A stretch of 64,000 nucleotides of DNA from Fistulifera solaris (taxonomy: Eukaryota): NCBI GenBank assembly GCA_030295235.1, contig AP026133.1, positions 620,001-684,000 of the forward strand, given 5' to 3'. Every line of letters begins with the position of its first letter. The stretch's first letter is position 1. A model generated the notes under the pieces. That model was given only the letters and a program-made list of their open reading frames with translations. It did not search any database and was not told the DNA's origin. Shown here piece by piece: positions 10,701 to 23,756 of the stretch. A program made the translations under genes and the position numbers.

Positions 10701-13438
10701 CAATGCTATCATCTCAGACGGACATTGGCTACCGAATGCCTGACAGCGTCATTGTTACGTAAGTGCATTAGTAGCTTTCTAGCCAACTGAATTGCTGACG
10801 TTTGACTCACAAACGCATTCTTTGCCACTTGACACAGTGTGTGGGATGATGTAAACCGAAATGGAATCCAAGACGTGGGCGAAAAAGGTCTTCCCAACGT
10901 CCCTCTCCAGCTTGTTCTCTCCGATAAAGTAACAACTCTGGCTGACGTGGGAGACGGTGGAACTGCACATTTGATAGTGAAATCTGATGCCGACGGGATC
11001 GTTACGTTCACGATGGTGCCCATGAACGTTGATCTCCGTGTAAAAGTCGTGCAAATGCCAGCAGGCGCAGTACCAACACTGAGCAACAGAGGTAATGAGA
11101 CTGTTGACTCCGATCTGAACAGTGACCTGACAACAGATTCTTTCCGTCTTTCTGGAGGGGGGAGCCTTTACAGCAAGGGATATCGGCATCTCTATGCCTG
11201 GTTCAGTGATTGTGCGGTATGTATTTAGTGCGCATGTGTCTCTTTGATTGAGGCCTTTTTCGCTCAGGCTCTATTGTTTGCAGCGTTTGGGATGATGCCG
11301 ACGGAGATGGGATACAAGACGAGGATGAAGTGGGAATCCCAGGGGCAACGTTGCAATTGGTCGATGCCGTAACGTCTGCACCGCTTGGAAGCACAGGAGG
11401 AAACGCGCACGAGTCCCAGGTCACTGACAAGAATGGCTATGTTGTCTTTACTGGTGTCCCTCAAAATGTGAACATCCGGTGCCGCGTCGTTAATAGCCCC
11501 CAGGAGCTATTCCTACATCAAAGGGCGGAGGCAATGAAACCACGGATTCCGATCTTAATAGTAACGGTCTCAGTGACTCATTCAGATTGGTTGGTTCCGA
11601 ATTTAGTGAGGTACGACTTCGTCTCGATAATGCATTTAGTGGTAGAAGAACCAAAAATGATCACATTGCGTGCTAACTATTTGCTTTCCAGATTGATCTT
11701 GGCTATAAAATGCCCGACGTCGTAGAGGTGCGAGTGTGGGACGATGCGAATGAAAACGGAATTCAAGATGAAGGGGAGACAGGAATAGAAGGAGTTGAGC
11801 TTCGACTTGTGAATGACACCCGACAGGATCTTGCCGTACAAGCGGAAGGCAATGCTCACGAAGTGCTGACAACGGATGCGAACGGTATCGCTCTGTTTAC
11901 GATGGTCCCCAAAGGGATTACTTTGCGTGTGAAAGTCGTCAATCGACCTCCTGGGGCTATCGAAACCTCGAAAAGAATCGGAGGCGATAGCAATAACGAC
12001 TCGGATCTAAACAGCGACTCATTTAGCGATTCATTCGATCTGCGCAATTTTAATGGAGGTGTTTACGGATCGATTGACTTGGGTTATCGAATGCCTGAAA
12101 CTCTTGAGATTCACGTGTGGGATGATATGAACTCGAACGGTATCCAAGATACTGGCGAGCCAGGTCTGCCTAACGTTGTGCTTAAGCTCGTGAAATCCGA
12201 CAGAACTGAGATTGCCGCCATTCAAGGAGGAACGGCGCACCAAGCAATAACCACGGGTCCGGACGGAGTGGCCCGTTTCTTAAAAGTTCCCAAGTCCGAG
12301 ACTATCCGAGCCATGGTGGTTGCTCCGCCGCCTGGAGCCAAGCCCACATCTAAAAACCAAGGTGGCGATGAGATGCTGGACAGTGACCTAAACGGCGACA
12401 TGTACAGTGATTCCTTTCAAATGGCTTCCTTCCGTGGCGCTGGAGCTCTCGGCATGGTACGTATTGTTCAATGATCTTGTTGTTGACTAAGAGTCTTTGG
12501 AAAGGAACGTTTCATGCACTAATCTTTCGCTCTGATTGCTTTACAGCTGGACCTCGGATTCCAAATGCCGGCTGACATGGTCGTTCGTGTTTGGGATGAC
12601 TTTAACGGAGATGGAATCCAAGACGCTGGTGAACCGTAAGTACTTGTTGTGGTTGTTGTTTCTTGATGGCACCCTCGTTGGATTGAAATCTAATTGTTGT
12701 GCATGTTCTCCGTCGAACGACAGAGGAATTCAAGGTGTCGAACTAGGAATGGTCTTGAATGATAAAGTCACGCCCTTGCCGAATATTGGAGGCGGCAGCA
12801 ATGCTCATCTGGTAAAATTCACTGACGAAAATGGCTACGCCACCTTTGTGGGGGTGCCTCGGACCGAAACCGTACGGATCAAAGTCATGAATGCCCCGCC
12901 TGGTTCCGTGCCGACTCATCGAAACCGCGGTACAGATGACCAGGCCGACTCGGATATGGGAACGGATTTAGTGACCGACTCTTTCGATATGAACAACTTT
13001 AAAGGCGTCGGAGCTATCGGTCAAATGGACCTCGGCTTCCGCATGCCCAAGACAGTGGTCGTCCGTGTTTGGAGAGATACCGACGGCGATGGCATTCAGG
13101 ATGAGAACGAAGAAGGCTTTGAAGGTATCCGCGTACAGATTGTGAACGCCACGACCCGCCTCCCTCTTCCCGAACAAGGAAACAACGGGACCGCACACCA
13201 GGTCCTCACCACAGGTTCCGACGGACGGGTTCGTTTCACCAAAGTTCCGCAGAGCACTTCCATTCGAATTCGAGTTTTGAATCCTCCTACCGGCTTCCGC
13301 GTCACCCTGAAGGATCGTGGAACAGATGATCAGCTAGATAGCGACTTGAATACTGATCACTTTACGGATGGCTTCCTTCTACCGAGCAATGTCGCGGAGC
13401 TTTTCGACATGCGAGACTGCGGATACAGGCCCATTTAA
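7789..13438 (+). CDS. Large secreted multidomain adhesin-like protein: signal peptide, knottin-like Cys repeats, VWD/GDPH domain, 8 SdrD-B/CnaB-like repeats
   Basis: GT-AG introns at approximately 8319-8386, 9060-9123, 9311-9394, 10651-10717, 10759-10837, 11217-11283, 11611-11691, 12457-12546 and 12636-12723. GDPHITTFDG..YDCQ, C-C-CC-C-C repeats, repeated V(W/F)xDxNxNGIQDxGExG motif. Several single-base frameshifts (~8590, ~10160, ~11175, ~11500). Confidence 0.85.
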
Positions 13439-13887
13439 TTCTTCATGCGGGCAATTTCCCAGTCCTTTAGTGATTCGCATACTTGATCTTCATATCTCAA
13501 TACATAATATAATTAAAAATAATCAATTTCAAAGTAAAGAAGCCAAGTATAGTAACCTCATGGATTATTGAAACAAATAATGTTGCTGCGTTTCGCTTTT
13601 GCGCAATACCTGGTAAAGCGTCAAGCTCGAGAGTGATCTGTGCCTCGTGACTAAAATGCAGTCGTGGCGAAATACAGACTACACAATAGAGCGATAGTCA
13701 TTGTGGATGAGCACAATCGGAACCGCTTTTTGCTGTAAAGAATTAAGTGACAATGGAACTGGTATGAACGATAATTGCATCATGAATAAGGCGCTGGAAG
13801 ATTGTTGATCGTGCAACACGGATCAAATACAACCAGGTGACGAGTAAGCACAATCATTAAGCCGTTAACGAAAACTATAGTCAAAAA

Positions 13888-14781
13888 TTATTCCACCGCC
13901 ATGATACTATTATGTTTCTCTTCGGCTGCACGATTGAGCTCATGAATCGCTTCTTCGGTTGCCGCCTCAACTTCTTGTTGAACTCGGAACGCATCATCTT
14001 TCGACACATGCTCCAATTTCCCGCGACACCTTTCTTCGTGACATCCATCGCCTTGCGGCGCACTTGTCGAATGCCTTGACGATACGACTCGGCACGTTTT
14101 GCCAATGTCATGGCAATCTTTTGACGACTTTCTAACGAGATACGAGGAAGGGGGAATGTTAACGACGCCATCTTCGGCGGAGGGATTGAGATTGAGCTGT
14201 TGTGAGACGGCCATGCGTACCGCCTTGGCAAGGGACGGATCAAAGCAAGTAGCTGTCGCCAACGTGGGTGATACCAACACGACTTGTGCGACCGATTGCA
14301 ACGAAGTGCGAGCACCGTACGCTTCCACTTGGACGTTGTCAAAGAGCGCGACGGTCGGCTCGGCGCCGCGCATGTTTTTGAGCGAATCGACAAAGCGTTG
14401 CACAATTTGTTTCATTTTGAGTTTAGTTTGTTTCGGGTCGGGGAGTAAATTCTGCTCTTCTTCTACTAGTTGCTCATCGTCCTCTTGATATAACTCTTCT
14501 TCGGGTTGCTCAACAGCTGCTGCCTCGTTTGTCGTCTCCGCTTTCCTTGACTTCTTTTTTTGACGACGCTCTTGAGCCTTTTTCTGACTTTGTTCGTGCG
14601 CCAGTTCATCCAAACGCTCCAAATGTTGTCCCATTTTCGCACCCGAGTGTTTAAAACGCCACGACGATGCTACAGTATCCACCATCGGAAGTGTCGAGGG
14701 ACGGAGGTTGACGACGACTCCTCGACGTCCCGTGTATTGCAGAGATTGTCGTAAGAGAGAGGGGAAACGCGAGGCATTCAT
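13888..14781 (-). CDS. frr: Ribosome recycling factor (organellar, probably mitochondrial), copy 1
   Basis: RRF motifs (LFD.V.VEAYG...L.SVAQV, LNLNPS.EDG, IRQVRRKAMD, SKDD..R.Q.EV). Copy 1 has two compensating 1-bp homopolymer indels relative to intact copy 2. Confidence 0.9.
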   Translation of the reverse strand: MNASRFPSLLRQSLQYTGRRGVVVNLRPSTLPMVDTVASSWRFKHSGAKMGQHLERLDELAHEQSQKKAQERRQKKKSRKAETTNEAAAVEQPEEELYQEDDEQLVEEEQNLLPDPKQTKLKMKQIVQRFVDSLKNMRGAEPTVALFDNVQVEAYGARTSLQSVAQVVLVSPTLATATCFDPSLAKAVRMAVSQQLNLNPSAEDGVVNIPPSSYLVRKSSKDCHDIGKTCRVVSSRHSTSAPQGDGCHEERCRGKLEHVSKDDAFRVQQEVEAATEEAIHELNRAAEEKHNSIMAVE

Positions 14782-15089
14782 TGTTGCGTAGGAAAGAACT
14801 GAACGAAATCAAAAGTAGAGACGCTGAGGTAAGGCTCATTGTTTTGGATGTGAATGGTCAACATGAAAACGGCGCGCATCACAATTTACATCATAATACC
14901 TGGTACCCCGTAGTAGCATCAGATTGGCGGAGTCCGTCCATCGTACGTTACGTGGTGAGAGTTAAAAGGCAAAGCCGACGAGGCGAGCGACCACGAAAAA
15001 AATCTCTCAGGCATCAAACTATTCTATTCTGAAAAGCAGAAAATAGCTGCAAAGAGTGTCATGACAACTCATTTCCTTTTCCTTCTTTC

Positions 15090-16485
15090 ATGAATCTCAT
15101 AGCACTGCGGAATTACGCCAAAACTACGGAAGCTCTCGCAACGACATCCTCTCGCATTGCCGTCATCGGAGGAGGGGCCAGCGGCATTTTCGCGGCCATT
15201 GCGGCCGCCCAAAACGGCCACAACGTTACCGTCTTTGAAGCCGCGGCCAAGACACTCTCCAAAGTCCAAATCTCGGGTGGTGGACGCTGCAATGTGATGC
15301 ACAATGCGAGTCGACCAGTCACCGAATTGTTGCAACAGTATCCCAGAGGACAACGCGAATTGCAAGGCTTGTTTCAAAAACGATTCCGTCCGGAAGAATG
15401 TCGGGCGTGGTTTGAACAACACGGTGTTGTCTTGAAAACAGAAGCAGATGGTCGCATGTTCCCCGTTACCGACTCGTCACAAACGGTCATGGATGCCTTG
15501 TTACAGGCGGCGGCGCGAGCGCGCGTGAAGATACGGACGCGCTGTCGAGTTCAAGCGTTGCAGAAACCCAACAACAATCAAACATTTACGGTTTCTATAG
15601 TCGACAAGTCCGTATCAGATCAAGCTATAGTAAAAGAATGCTATGACGCTGTGATCTTAGCTACTGGCTCAATGCCTTTGGGCTATCAATTGGCCAAGTC
15701 GGTGGGGCATTCGCTTGTAAATACGGTGCCGTCGTTGTTCACATTGAATGCCGATGAGGCCGTTCGTCCGGGAGGTGTTTTGCATGGATTGTCGGGTGTT
15801 TCGGTGCCGTTAGGTCGGGTCTCGTACTGGCCGCCGAACACGGAACCGGTGCGGAAGAAAGTATTACACGAACAGGAAGGTCCGTTGCTCATTACGCACT
15901 ACGGATTATCCGGACCAGCGGCATTGCGAGTCAGTGCGTTTGGAGCGAGGCTTTGGCGGAGCATTCCTACAAAGGAACTCTGAAAGTACACTGGGCACCC
16001 TCGTTTGGATCCAGCGTAGAGGATATTTTCGATCAGCTGTGGTTTATGACGACGTCAAATCCGCGAAAAATCATTTCGACGGTGTGCCCGTTGATTCGAG
16101 CCGATCCGGTGACGAGCACTGTGACAACTGCCATTCCACGACGTCTATGGAGTGCACTGGTGCAAGCGGCCGGTGTCGACGAAGCGACAGTCTGGGGCGG
16201 TGTTTCAAAAAGGTCGTTCGCCAGCTGGCACTGCAAGTGGCGGAATGTCCCATTACGATGACCGGTAAGGGAACGTTCAAAGAAGAATTCGTAACAGCAG
16301 GAGGTGTTCCGTTGAAGGAAATTGATATGACACAAATGGAAAGTAAAGTGTGTCCTGGTTTGTTTCTTTGCGGGGAAGTCATCAATGTGGATGGAGTGAC
16401 GGGTGGTTTCAATTTCATGAATGCATGGGGGACGGGATACGTGGCTGGAAATGCAGTGGGCGACTCGATCAGGAGAGCGGCATAA
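15090..16485 (+). CDS. HI0933/YhiN-family FAD-dependent oxidoreductase, copy 1
   Basis: IAVIGGGASG, KVQISGGGRCNV, GRMFP, LITHYGLSGPA, EFVTAGGV, GEVINVDGVTGGFNF..AW.TG. Frameshifted near 15950 and 16210 relative to copy 2. Confidence 0.92.
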
Positions 16486-16546
16486 AAGGAGAGAAAGCTG
16501 GCTACAGTTTATGCTCTAAGTTATCGCTATGCTCATGACATGGCAT

Positions 16547-17530
16547 CTATTGTTTCGATGAGCGAGAACAACGTCCGTCCCGACACAGATGCATGATCTC
16601 AACTTTGCCATTTTGAAAAAGCTGGTGGACTGGGTGCTGTATCCGTCTGTGAGCAACAGTAAAGGACCCTTTGTCGTGATTTCAATTTTTCTGTTGCCTT
16701 GTCGGCCTGATTTCTCCAGGATTCGTCAACCAGTCCTGGGAAAAGGTGAGACCAGTGACTGCTTCCAAGTCCGTCCACCGAACCAAGAAATCTTGATAGT
16801 CGCTTTTCTCGGGAAGCTTTTCATTCGGAACCACGAAACAGGCGAATTCACGGATAGAGTAAGCTCTCTCTGGTTGATTTGGATCAACAACTACAACGAC
16901 TTTAAACAAATGAGTCGGAACAGATACTAATGATGGCGGATTTCCCAATCCTTTGTATTGGTATTCAAATAGCTTGTCTTCGAGTTTTCGTTGCGGAAGC
17001 CAAAGAGGCCCCGTCACGACGTAGGTCTCGTATTGTTGTTGTTTCGCTCTTCGTGCCACTCCTCGTGTCCACTTTTCCAGCCCCGCCCAAACCCCTCGAT
17101 TCATATCGGACGATTGTGGGGCTATATTGATGAGATTGTAAGTGTCTGATCGATTGTCTTGGAAGTCTGCCGCTGGTGCCATGTGCCCTCGGTCGTATCC
17201 TGATAAGTGATAATGCGAATTGCGAGAACGAAACCACTCGGGAAGCGATTTTTCTTCGTAAAAGCGATGTCGACGTTGATCTGTATTGGTTGTTTCGTCC
17301 GTGACGGTGAGGCGTTCCATGACATAGACGGGTGTCCTAGTTCGAACGTCAAAAGCTATTTCAAGATAATCATTCGGTCGGAAAATACGAATCGGAATCC
17401 AGGGCGACAGATTTGCGTTCGCCCAATCGCTTTCCGAAGTGTACAAGGTGCCGCCTACTGTCGTCGACAAGACGAGAGTTGGAAGGGCTATCCCTCGGAG
17501 TACTGCATTATGAAAGATCCGGGAGGCCAT
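16547..17530 (-). CDS. DNA/RNA non-specific endonuclease (EndoG/Nuc1-like), copy 1
   Basis: SGYDRGHMAPAAD, NIAPQ..MNRGVWAGLE, VVTGPLWLP, VPTHLFKV, LEAVTGL. 3' end read through frameshifts to HLCRDGRC...stop at 16547. Confidence 0.9.
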
Positions 17531-17768
17531 GGGCCCTTGGTGTTAGAAAATGTTATTGAAGTGAGACTTGGAGGCTGTTGAAAGAAGAAAGGTACCTGGT
17601 ACATGCCGCATGCCGATAACAGAGAGCAAAATGCGCCGATGACTTTTGCGGACGCGTAAACGGAAAAGTGCGCATCCCTGTTAGGGATAAGGGATAGAGA
17701 CTGACCGGTGCTATGTGCTATGGTTTTTCCACAGTAGATTTTGAAAACCGGTTTAGGAAGATCTAGGT

Positions 17769-17796
17769 TTTACTGGCGACCACAATGTCATAAGAT
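17769..17796 (+). promoter_or_regulatory. Conserved bipartite motif upstream of HMG-box gene A
   Basis: tttactg-N10-tgtcataagat. Same architecture at 23431 and 26305. Confidence 0.55.
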
Positions 17797-18031
17797 CAAC
17801 TCAAATCAGAATTCAGCTAGCTTTCTTCTCCCCTTCGTAGTTACTACGTAATAAAGCTTGTCGGCACCTCTGTTCATTCCTTATCCAAACACAAAACATT
17901 CGCGAGCCGAAGGTTCCAGTGAAACAGCAACGTGCGCATCGGTGATCAGAGCGTTGTCAGTTATTGGATGAGAGAATGATGAATAGTTTAGTCTAGTGAC
18001 CACTTGATTCAAGCAAACGTTGCTGAACATC

Positions 18032-18946
18032 ATGAGCCTGTGGAATGAAAGGAAACCGCAGGCAGACAGCGACCGCGTCAAGCGGCTTAAACGGAGGGCC
18101 CGAACATCAAGGTCTTCCACAAACTGCTTATCCTTATTCCCTCGCCAATCAATTGCCGCTCGGTTATACCATGAACGCACCCCTACCACCTTATGATGAA
18201 CTAATTCATCCTTATTCGTCCGTAACATCGTACAATGTCCGAGACCAACTTTTGACACAACTGATCGCAGCACAACTGACCGGATCTATCCTGTACTCCC
18301 AATTGTTTCCACTGCATCCATACTTTCCGATAAGAAACGAAACCGTGACATTTATACATGAGCACCATAATTCCGGCGTCTTTCGAATGCAACCTAACCA
18401 ACCATCCGATCTCGTAAGCAGCGATGAACCGTCACAACATTCAGCTTCCTTCTCGGCACTCATACCGCCAGTCACAATCGACAGCCGACAACAGATACCG
18501 GCTGAAGAATCCACGCAACAAACACCTTCTAGTTCGTTACTTAGCAAGCCAAAGCGTCCGTTATCCGCTTACAATGTTTTCTTTCAAGAAGAACGTGCGA
18601 GGATTGTCAAAGAGAGGGAGCTCCAAAACAGTAAAGATGCTCCATTAGACTCGTCAAAGCAGCGGTACCAGCCAAACGGGACCGGTTTCGAAGATCTGGC
18701 AAAGGAAATTAGCAAGAGATGGAAGAGCATCGACAAGAAGCGTCTTGACAAATGTTCACAACTTGCCGAAACTGATACGGTAAGATACCAAAAGAGCTGG
18801 CTGCGTACAAGGAGCAAAGAGAGGCCAAGCTTTCGGCAATGCAGCAAGCTCAAGTAGCATCTGTATCGGAAGAGGCATGGAAGCGCTATATCGCGGAAGC
18901 AGAAAAACAAAAGCCTCTTAGGAACAGGAAACGGAAACGAAAATAG
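18032..18946 (+). CDS. HMG-box DNA-binding protein A, copy 1
   Basis: KPKRPLSAYNVFFQEERARI...GFEDLAKEISKRWK...AETDTVRYQ. After a frameshift at ~18790 it continues ELAAYKEQREAKLSAMQQAQVASVSEEAWKRY to TAG 18944-18946. Confidence 0.85.
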
Positions 18947-19125
18947 TGTTCGCAACTTTCTTCAAATGCTTTTGTCAACGTCTTTCAACACAGAACAATG
19001 ACTAACGAAAAAATCTCGACGAAAACGCGAGTTCCCCATTCTCGTGCAAACAATCGTAATGTATCTTTCACTATAAATGATGATGGTTTTGTTTTAGTTT
19101 CATCAGCGTCGACCTTCATTCCTGG

Positions 19126-19910
19126 TCAGAAACGGTTTGGTGGCATAAATAATGAAGCAAAACCCTCGCCGTTTGGCCGGTGGCAGCGCACGCACTGGCT
19201 GATGACTGATGATGATTCATTCACGCGAAGCGTAGATCGAGAATTTAGACACGAGTGCTCATTTTCGCGATCTTCGCGCGGCGACTTTTTTGTACACCCT
19301 CCTCTTCGTAAAATATCAACAATATCTGCTGATTCCTGACTAATTTCATCTTCGTTTGTGTCATTGTAAGAGATTTGGTGTTTCCCGCTAGATTCTTCTT
19401 TGTCCGATGACAATCCACTGTCAGGAAGCAAGAAAAGGGGTTCCTTGTCCGATGTATGACCATCCATGCCTCTCTTCTACACAACTGTCGAGAGCAACAG
19501 TGTGAATAAAGGCTCATGCGGGCACAAACCCCCATGTCGAAAAACAAGTCGCTTTCCTAGCAAACCGCACCAGCAAGTTATATCGCAGCACTCTTGTAAG
19601 CCGTTTCCGCATCATCAACGTTGGTAAAGCACAAAACTGTGCCCTTCGTCTGGGTCACGAACAACGAAGGCAAAATCAATAGTTCCGGTAAATTCTCCAT
19701 CAGCATCGAGCAAAAATCCCAAATGCAACACCTATCGTCAAAACTACCATTGTCGCGAATCCTTCTCTTTTCCCATTCCTTCTCTCTTATTCATTGCTTT
19801 TCTGGCCATTTCGCTTTTCTTGACGTCGGCCGACATGACTTTAAAACTCTGATCAGGAAAGGTGTCGATAACCATAAAACCCTCTCGGAACTGGGACAAT
19901 GTTGAAAGGT
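19126..19910 (-). pseudogene. Possible degraded or frameshifted coding remnant of unknown family
   Basis: Protein-like fragments in alternating frames (e.g. ORF 19126-19467; LLDADGEFTGTIDFAFVVRDPDEGHSF). No recognised motif. Confidence 0.25.
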
Positions 19911-22900
19911 ACTTGTCAAAATAGGCAACAAAACCGATTGTGTGTTCGATTGCACTGCATAACTACATGACATTGCAAGAAAAAGGAGTCAAATGCACAA
20001 CAGGACGTCGGCATTGTAAGAAACGTTCTCACTGCGTCGTGGTTTCCAGTTCACTTTCTGACCGATCGAGATTGAGCAACGAGCAAACACTTTCTCATTA
20101 TTCCTGACACAGTTACTTTTATGTCACGTGCTTCTCAGTTTCAGGAGGCCAGTACATTTCAAGTTCGTGACCCCTGACCTTTGGCTCGCTGTTCCATGGT
20201 CTATATAAACGTTGAACATGATGACCTTTTGCCCTTTGATTCAAGGGCGTAGAAACGGCTCATGACGAGGTTGCCATGCTAGTTTGAATCTGCTTCTTTT
20301 CCACTTTTTGCGACAACAGTTGCACTTGCCGCAACCCTCAACACGCCAGATGATAACAATAACAATGAATGAATACGGAGTAATGAAGCAGAGGAGGAAG
20401 CAATTAAATGTACTATTCCGTATTGAACAGTTACAACGGCACAATGACCGTTTGCGGCTTCACGGCTCACGGCCCGGATGTTCGCATCCCGCATCCCGCC
20501 CGCAATATGACTTAGGTGCTTAGGAGTTACGAGTTACGACTTACGCCTTACGACCTCCGCTTACAATGTATAGAATGAATAAGTCTGACGTGTGACTCAG
20601 AAGCAGTCTTTCGTCTTTGTTCGTCTACGACTACGAGGTTAGCGATTAGCGATTTACGAGTAATGACTTTTGACATAATTTATTGCAGAAAGTACCAGTA
20701 GAACCAACGGAGAAATAAAAACCACATTATTTTAAGTAGTAGTACAATGAAAGAAAGAAGTCGCAGTGACGAAAACAGGAATTGTCAGTATTCCGTATGT
20801 TGTAGGCTGATTCTTCTCAATGTTTCCGACCCTGGACATGACACTGACACATGGCAACATAGCAATGACACTTCATGAAGGCGAGAGCCATTCAAAATTC
20901 AAACTACTCTGAAAATGACAAGACGAGAGGCGTTGAGAACTGACATTTCTGTTGATGAGATCTGACTTAAGATACAAAATGCGGAGCAAATGAGATGGGC
21001 CACGAATGCATCGATTGAAGATTGGAGATGGGAAGAGGGATGAAAAGCAGCAACAGCAGTTCTGCAGCTGGTTTCCATCCTTCCCTTCGCTTCACTTGGT
21101 CGTAATTCGCTACTGCACATGCTGATGGGACACCATCCAACGTCAAGGTGGTGCTGACCGAATCGTCAGCTTCACTTGATCTATCATTGACATGAGCCAT
21201 ATGCGAGTTGAGAGCGTATAGATGGAGAGCGATGACACAAATGATCGCCCGTGTCTGAATGTGATTCAAGTTGGAGAAGACGTCTTAGTTTCTAAGAGCA
21301 GTCGGATGGTGACAGCTACAACAGTGCAATCGACCCGCGTAGAAAGGACGGATGGATTGACAACCTTCGACTAGCTTCGTAAGCAGCCAGATACCACTTG
21401 TACAAGGCATTGGCCCTTCCTTTTACTGCAATCATCAGCATCACTTTGATGTCGATACCTGGTACTTGTCGAACAATCATCGCATGTGAATCTTTCAGTT
21501 CCGCACCCCATTGATTCAAGCATTAGGAAAGTTACAAATCCAACGATAGCAGCATACGATATTGCGGCCATTCCACATCACTCCAACAAAAGATTGGACA
21601 TTATCACTTCCTTGATCTCACATAAGGAACTGGATGGAACTACCACAAACGAATCGACCTCGAAGCTGTTAGCGAGCAAGGTACTGTCAAAGAAAAAACC
21701 GATGGAGATTTCAAGATCATATCTGACCTTGAGTCAGGCTCTGGAAATAGATTGATCAAGGTCTTTCTTGTTCATTAGCGAAGTGTCTGCAAAACGGCCA
21801 GTACGAGTGGTTCTTGGGTAAAATTGCATTCAGAGGGCTAGTCAGAGATTTCGAGAATGGACTTGAGCGTAGGAATGAGCATTGCAAAGGTATGAGTGGA
21901 GAAGAGTGTGGGCTGTGTATCTCTGCCGTCAATTGTTTCATCGCAATCAAATGTTAATTGGAAGTTCCGTATCCTTGTTTGCTTTGCAGGACCTACAGTT
22001 CAGCTTGCCCGAAATGACAATCAATTCCATGAATCATACTGTAACAAGATTAAAGGCAAGCAGTATAAGAACGCAAGACGTGGTTACAAGCATCGGCACG
22101 CCTTGCACGCTAACACTCAGTGCTTGCTTTATCAGCGAAGCTCGGTACCATCGTTTCCGACTGACTAGACCACTAATCTTTCAGCCGTGTGGCTTTGCAT
22201 TCTTGATTGTCCACGATTTCTAAGAGTAATCAAATTTGGGGAATTGATTTGGTCCCAAAGCTTCGCTTTTATGTAATTGCACCGTGCTAGAGAAGGCGCT
22301 GCACAACACCAGGATTTCGTCTGGTCGTCCGCGTGAAACGTGGAACAACAGAGAGAAAAGCGCGACTGTCGGATTATAAATTTCTGAATGAATCCTATGA
22401 CTCAGATCGTCGTTTGGTCATTGTTTTCGGCCAAAGACAAAAGACTGAGTTTCGGGATGATGATTTGGTTTAAGGTGCATTACGGACTTAAGGAAATTCG
22501 AAATGTTAATGTTGAGTTTCCGTTTATGTTGACGATACCTGGTACGGGACACGAAAAACATGCTGACATCTGACCGCCGACTTGCCGATGCCGACAGCCA
22601 ATATCCGATAGGTATTTCGGCTATAATTAGATTGATCGATGATCAAATTAAAAAGATTTATTTAGTTTTCGGTCGTGAACGATCAACAAAAGTGGGGCGT
22701 AATATCTTCTGTGACTAGTAACACCTAATCCACTGGTGCCTAAGGCTGAGGTCGATCCTACATCTAGCTCGATTACCGACAGGATCCATTTTTCAAAGAA
22801 GTTTTCTCGAAAAACGGTTCACTCGCGACTTCCACGCTTAATTCTGTGTCATTAGTCGATAACGTGAGCCTTTCTTGCCTACCTATTTCGCAATCCTGGC

Positions 22901-23430
22901 CATAGCAAGCAAACTCTGGCGACTGCTATCAATTGGAAGCTTCCTATTCAACCATTTGTAGATCACAATGACCAGCTTTGCTTTATCTTTGTCGCAGTTT
23001 GTTTATTGCAAATGCAGCTGAATCCCAGGAAGGGTGATATGAATTTCGTTCGATCGAGGCCCCTCTAAAAGTAACAAAATAGTTTCCTACAAAACGGAAA
23101 GTGACAACTAATACTGACATGATCAAAATTCAAAATGTTGTGATGCTAGACTAATTCGATGAGAAGGATCTTAATAAGTCAGTCGAGGAAGAAGAGTCCA
23201 CAAGAGACATTATCACGCACACGGGAAATTCGGAAAAGTGGCCGAAAGAGCTTTCCATCGATTTCGTGCACAGCAACGGATTACTTTGGCAGTCGTCAGT
23301 CATCACTGCATCTCAAATCATCACAAGCTTCTCCGCGCTCTTTGAGTCCCAGATTTTTTGCTCCCTAAGATCAAACTGGCATTTTAGATTCTGTTTCGGG
23401 AGAAAAGACTAAGAGTTACGTCAGTCGACA

Positions 23431-23458
23431 TTTAGTAAGGCGAATATTGTCATAAGAT
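23431..23458 (+). promoter_or_regulatory. Conserved bipartite motif upstream of HMG-box gene B
   Basis: tttagta-N10-tgtcataagat. Confidence 0.55.
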
Positions 23459-23756
23459 ACGTATTGTAAGTAGAGAAACTAATACTCTAAAGGACAATTT
23501 CAATAAAATATTCCTTCTGTACAAAATACTCGCTAATGGGAATCCGAGACATCATGACCTATAGCATGGAGCATTAACGAACGCACCTCAACCGCCATCG
23601 TGAACATTCAACTGTGAGAGATTGTCAGTCCGTTCAGCACCCAGCGGCAACAACAAACGAAAGAAAGCATATATCCATTTCCTTGCACCCTGAGACCTTG
23701 CAACTTACAATCAGTGAGACAACTGCCAGCTAGCTCGTTCAGCAGCGGCGAAGAAC

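Noticed and set aside
17681..17700. Telomere-like ttaggg sequence
   Set aside because: Single degenerate occurrence, not an array.
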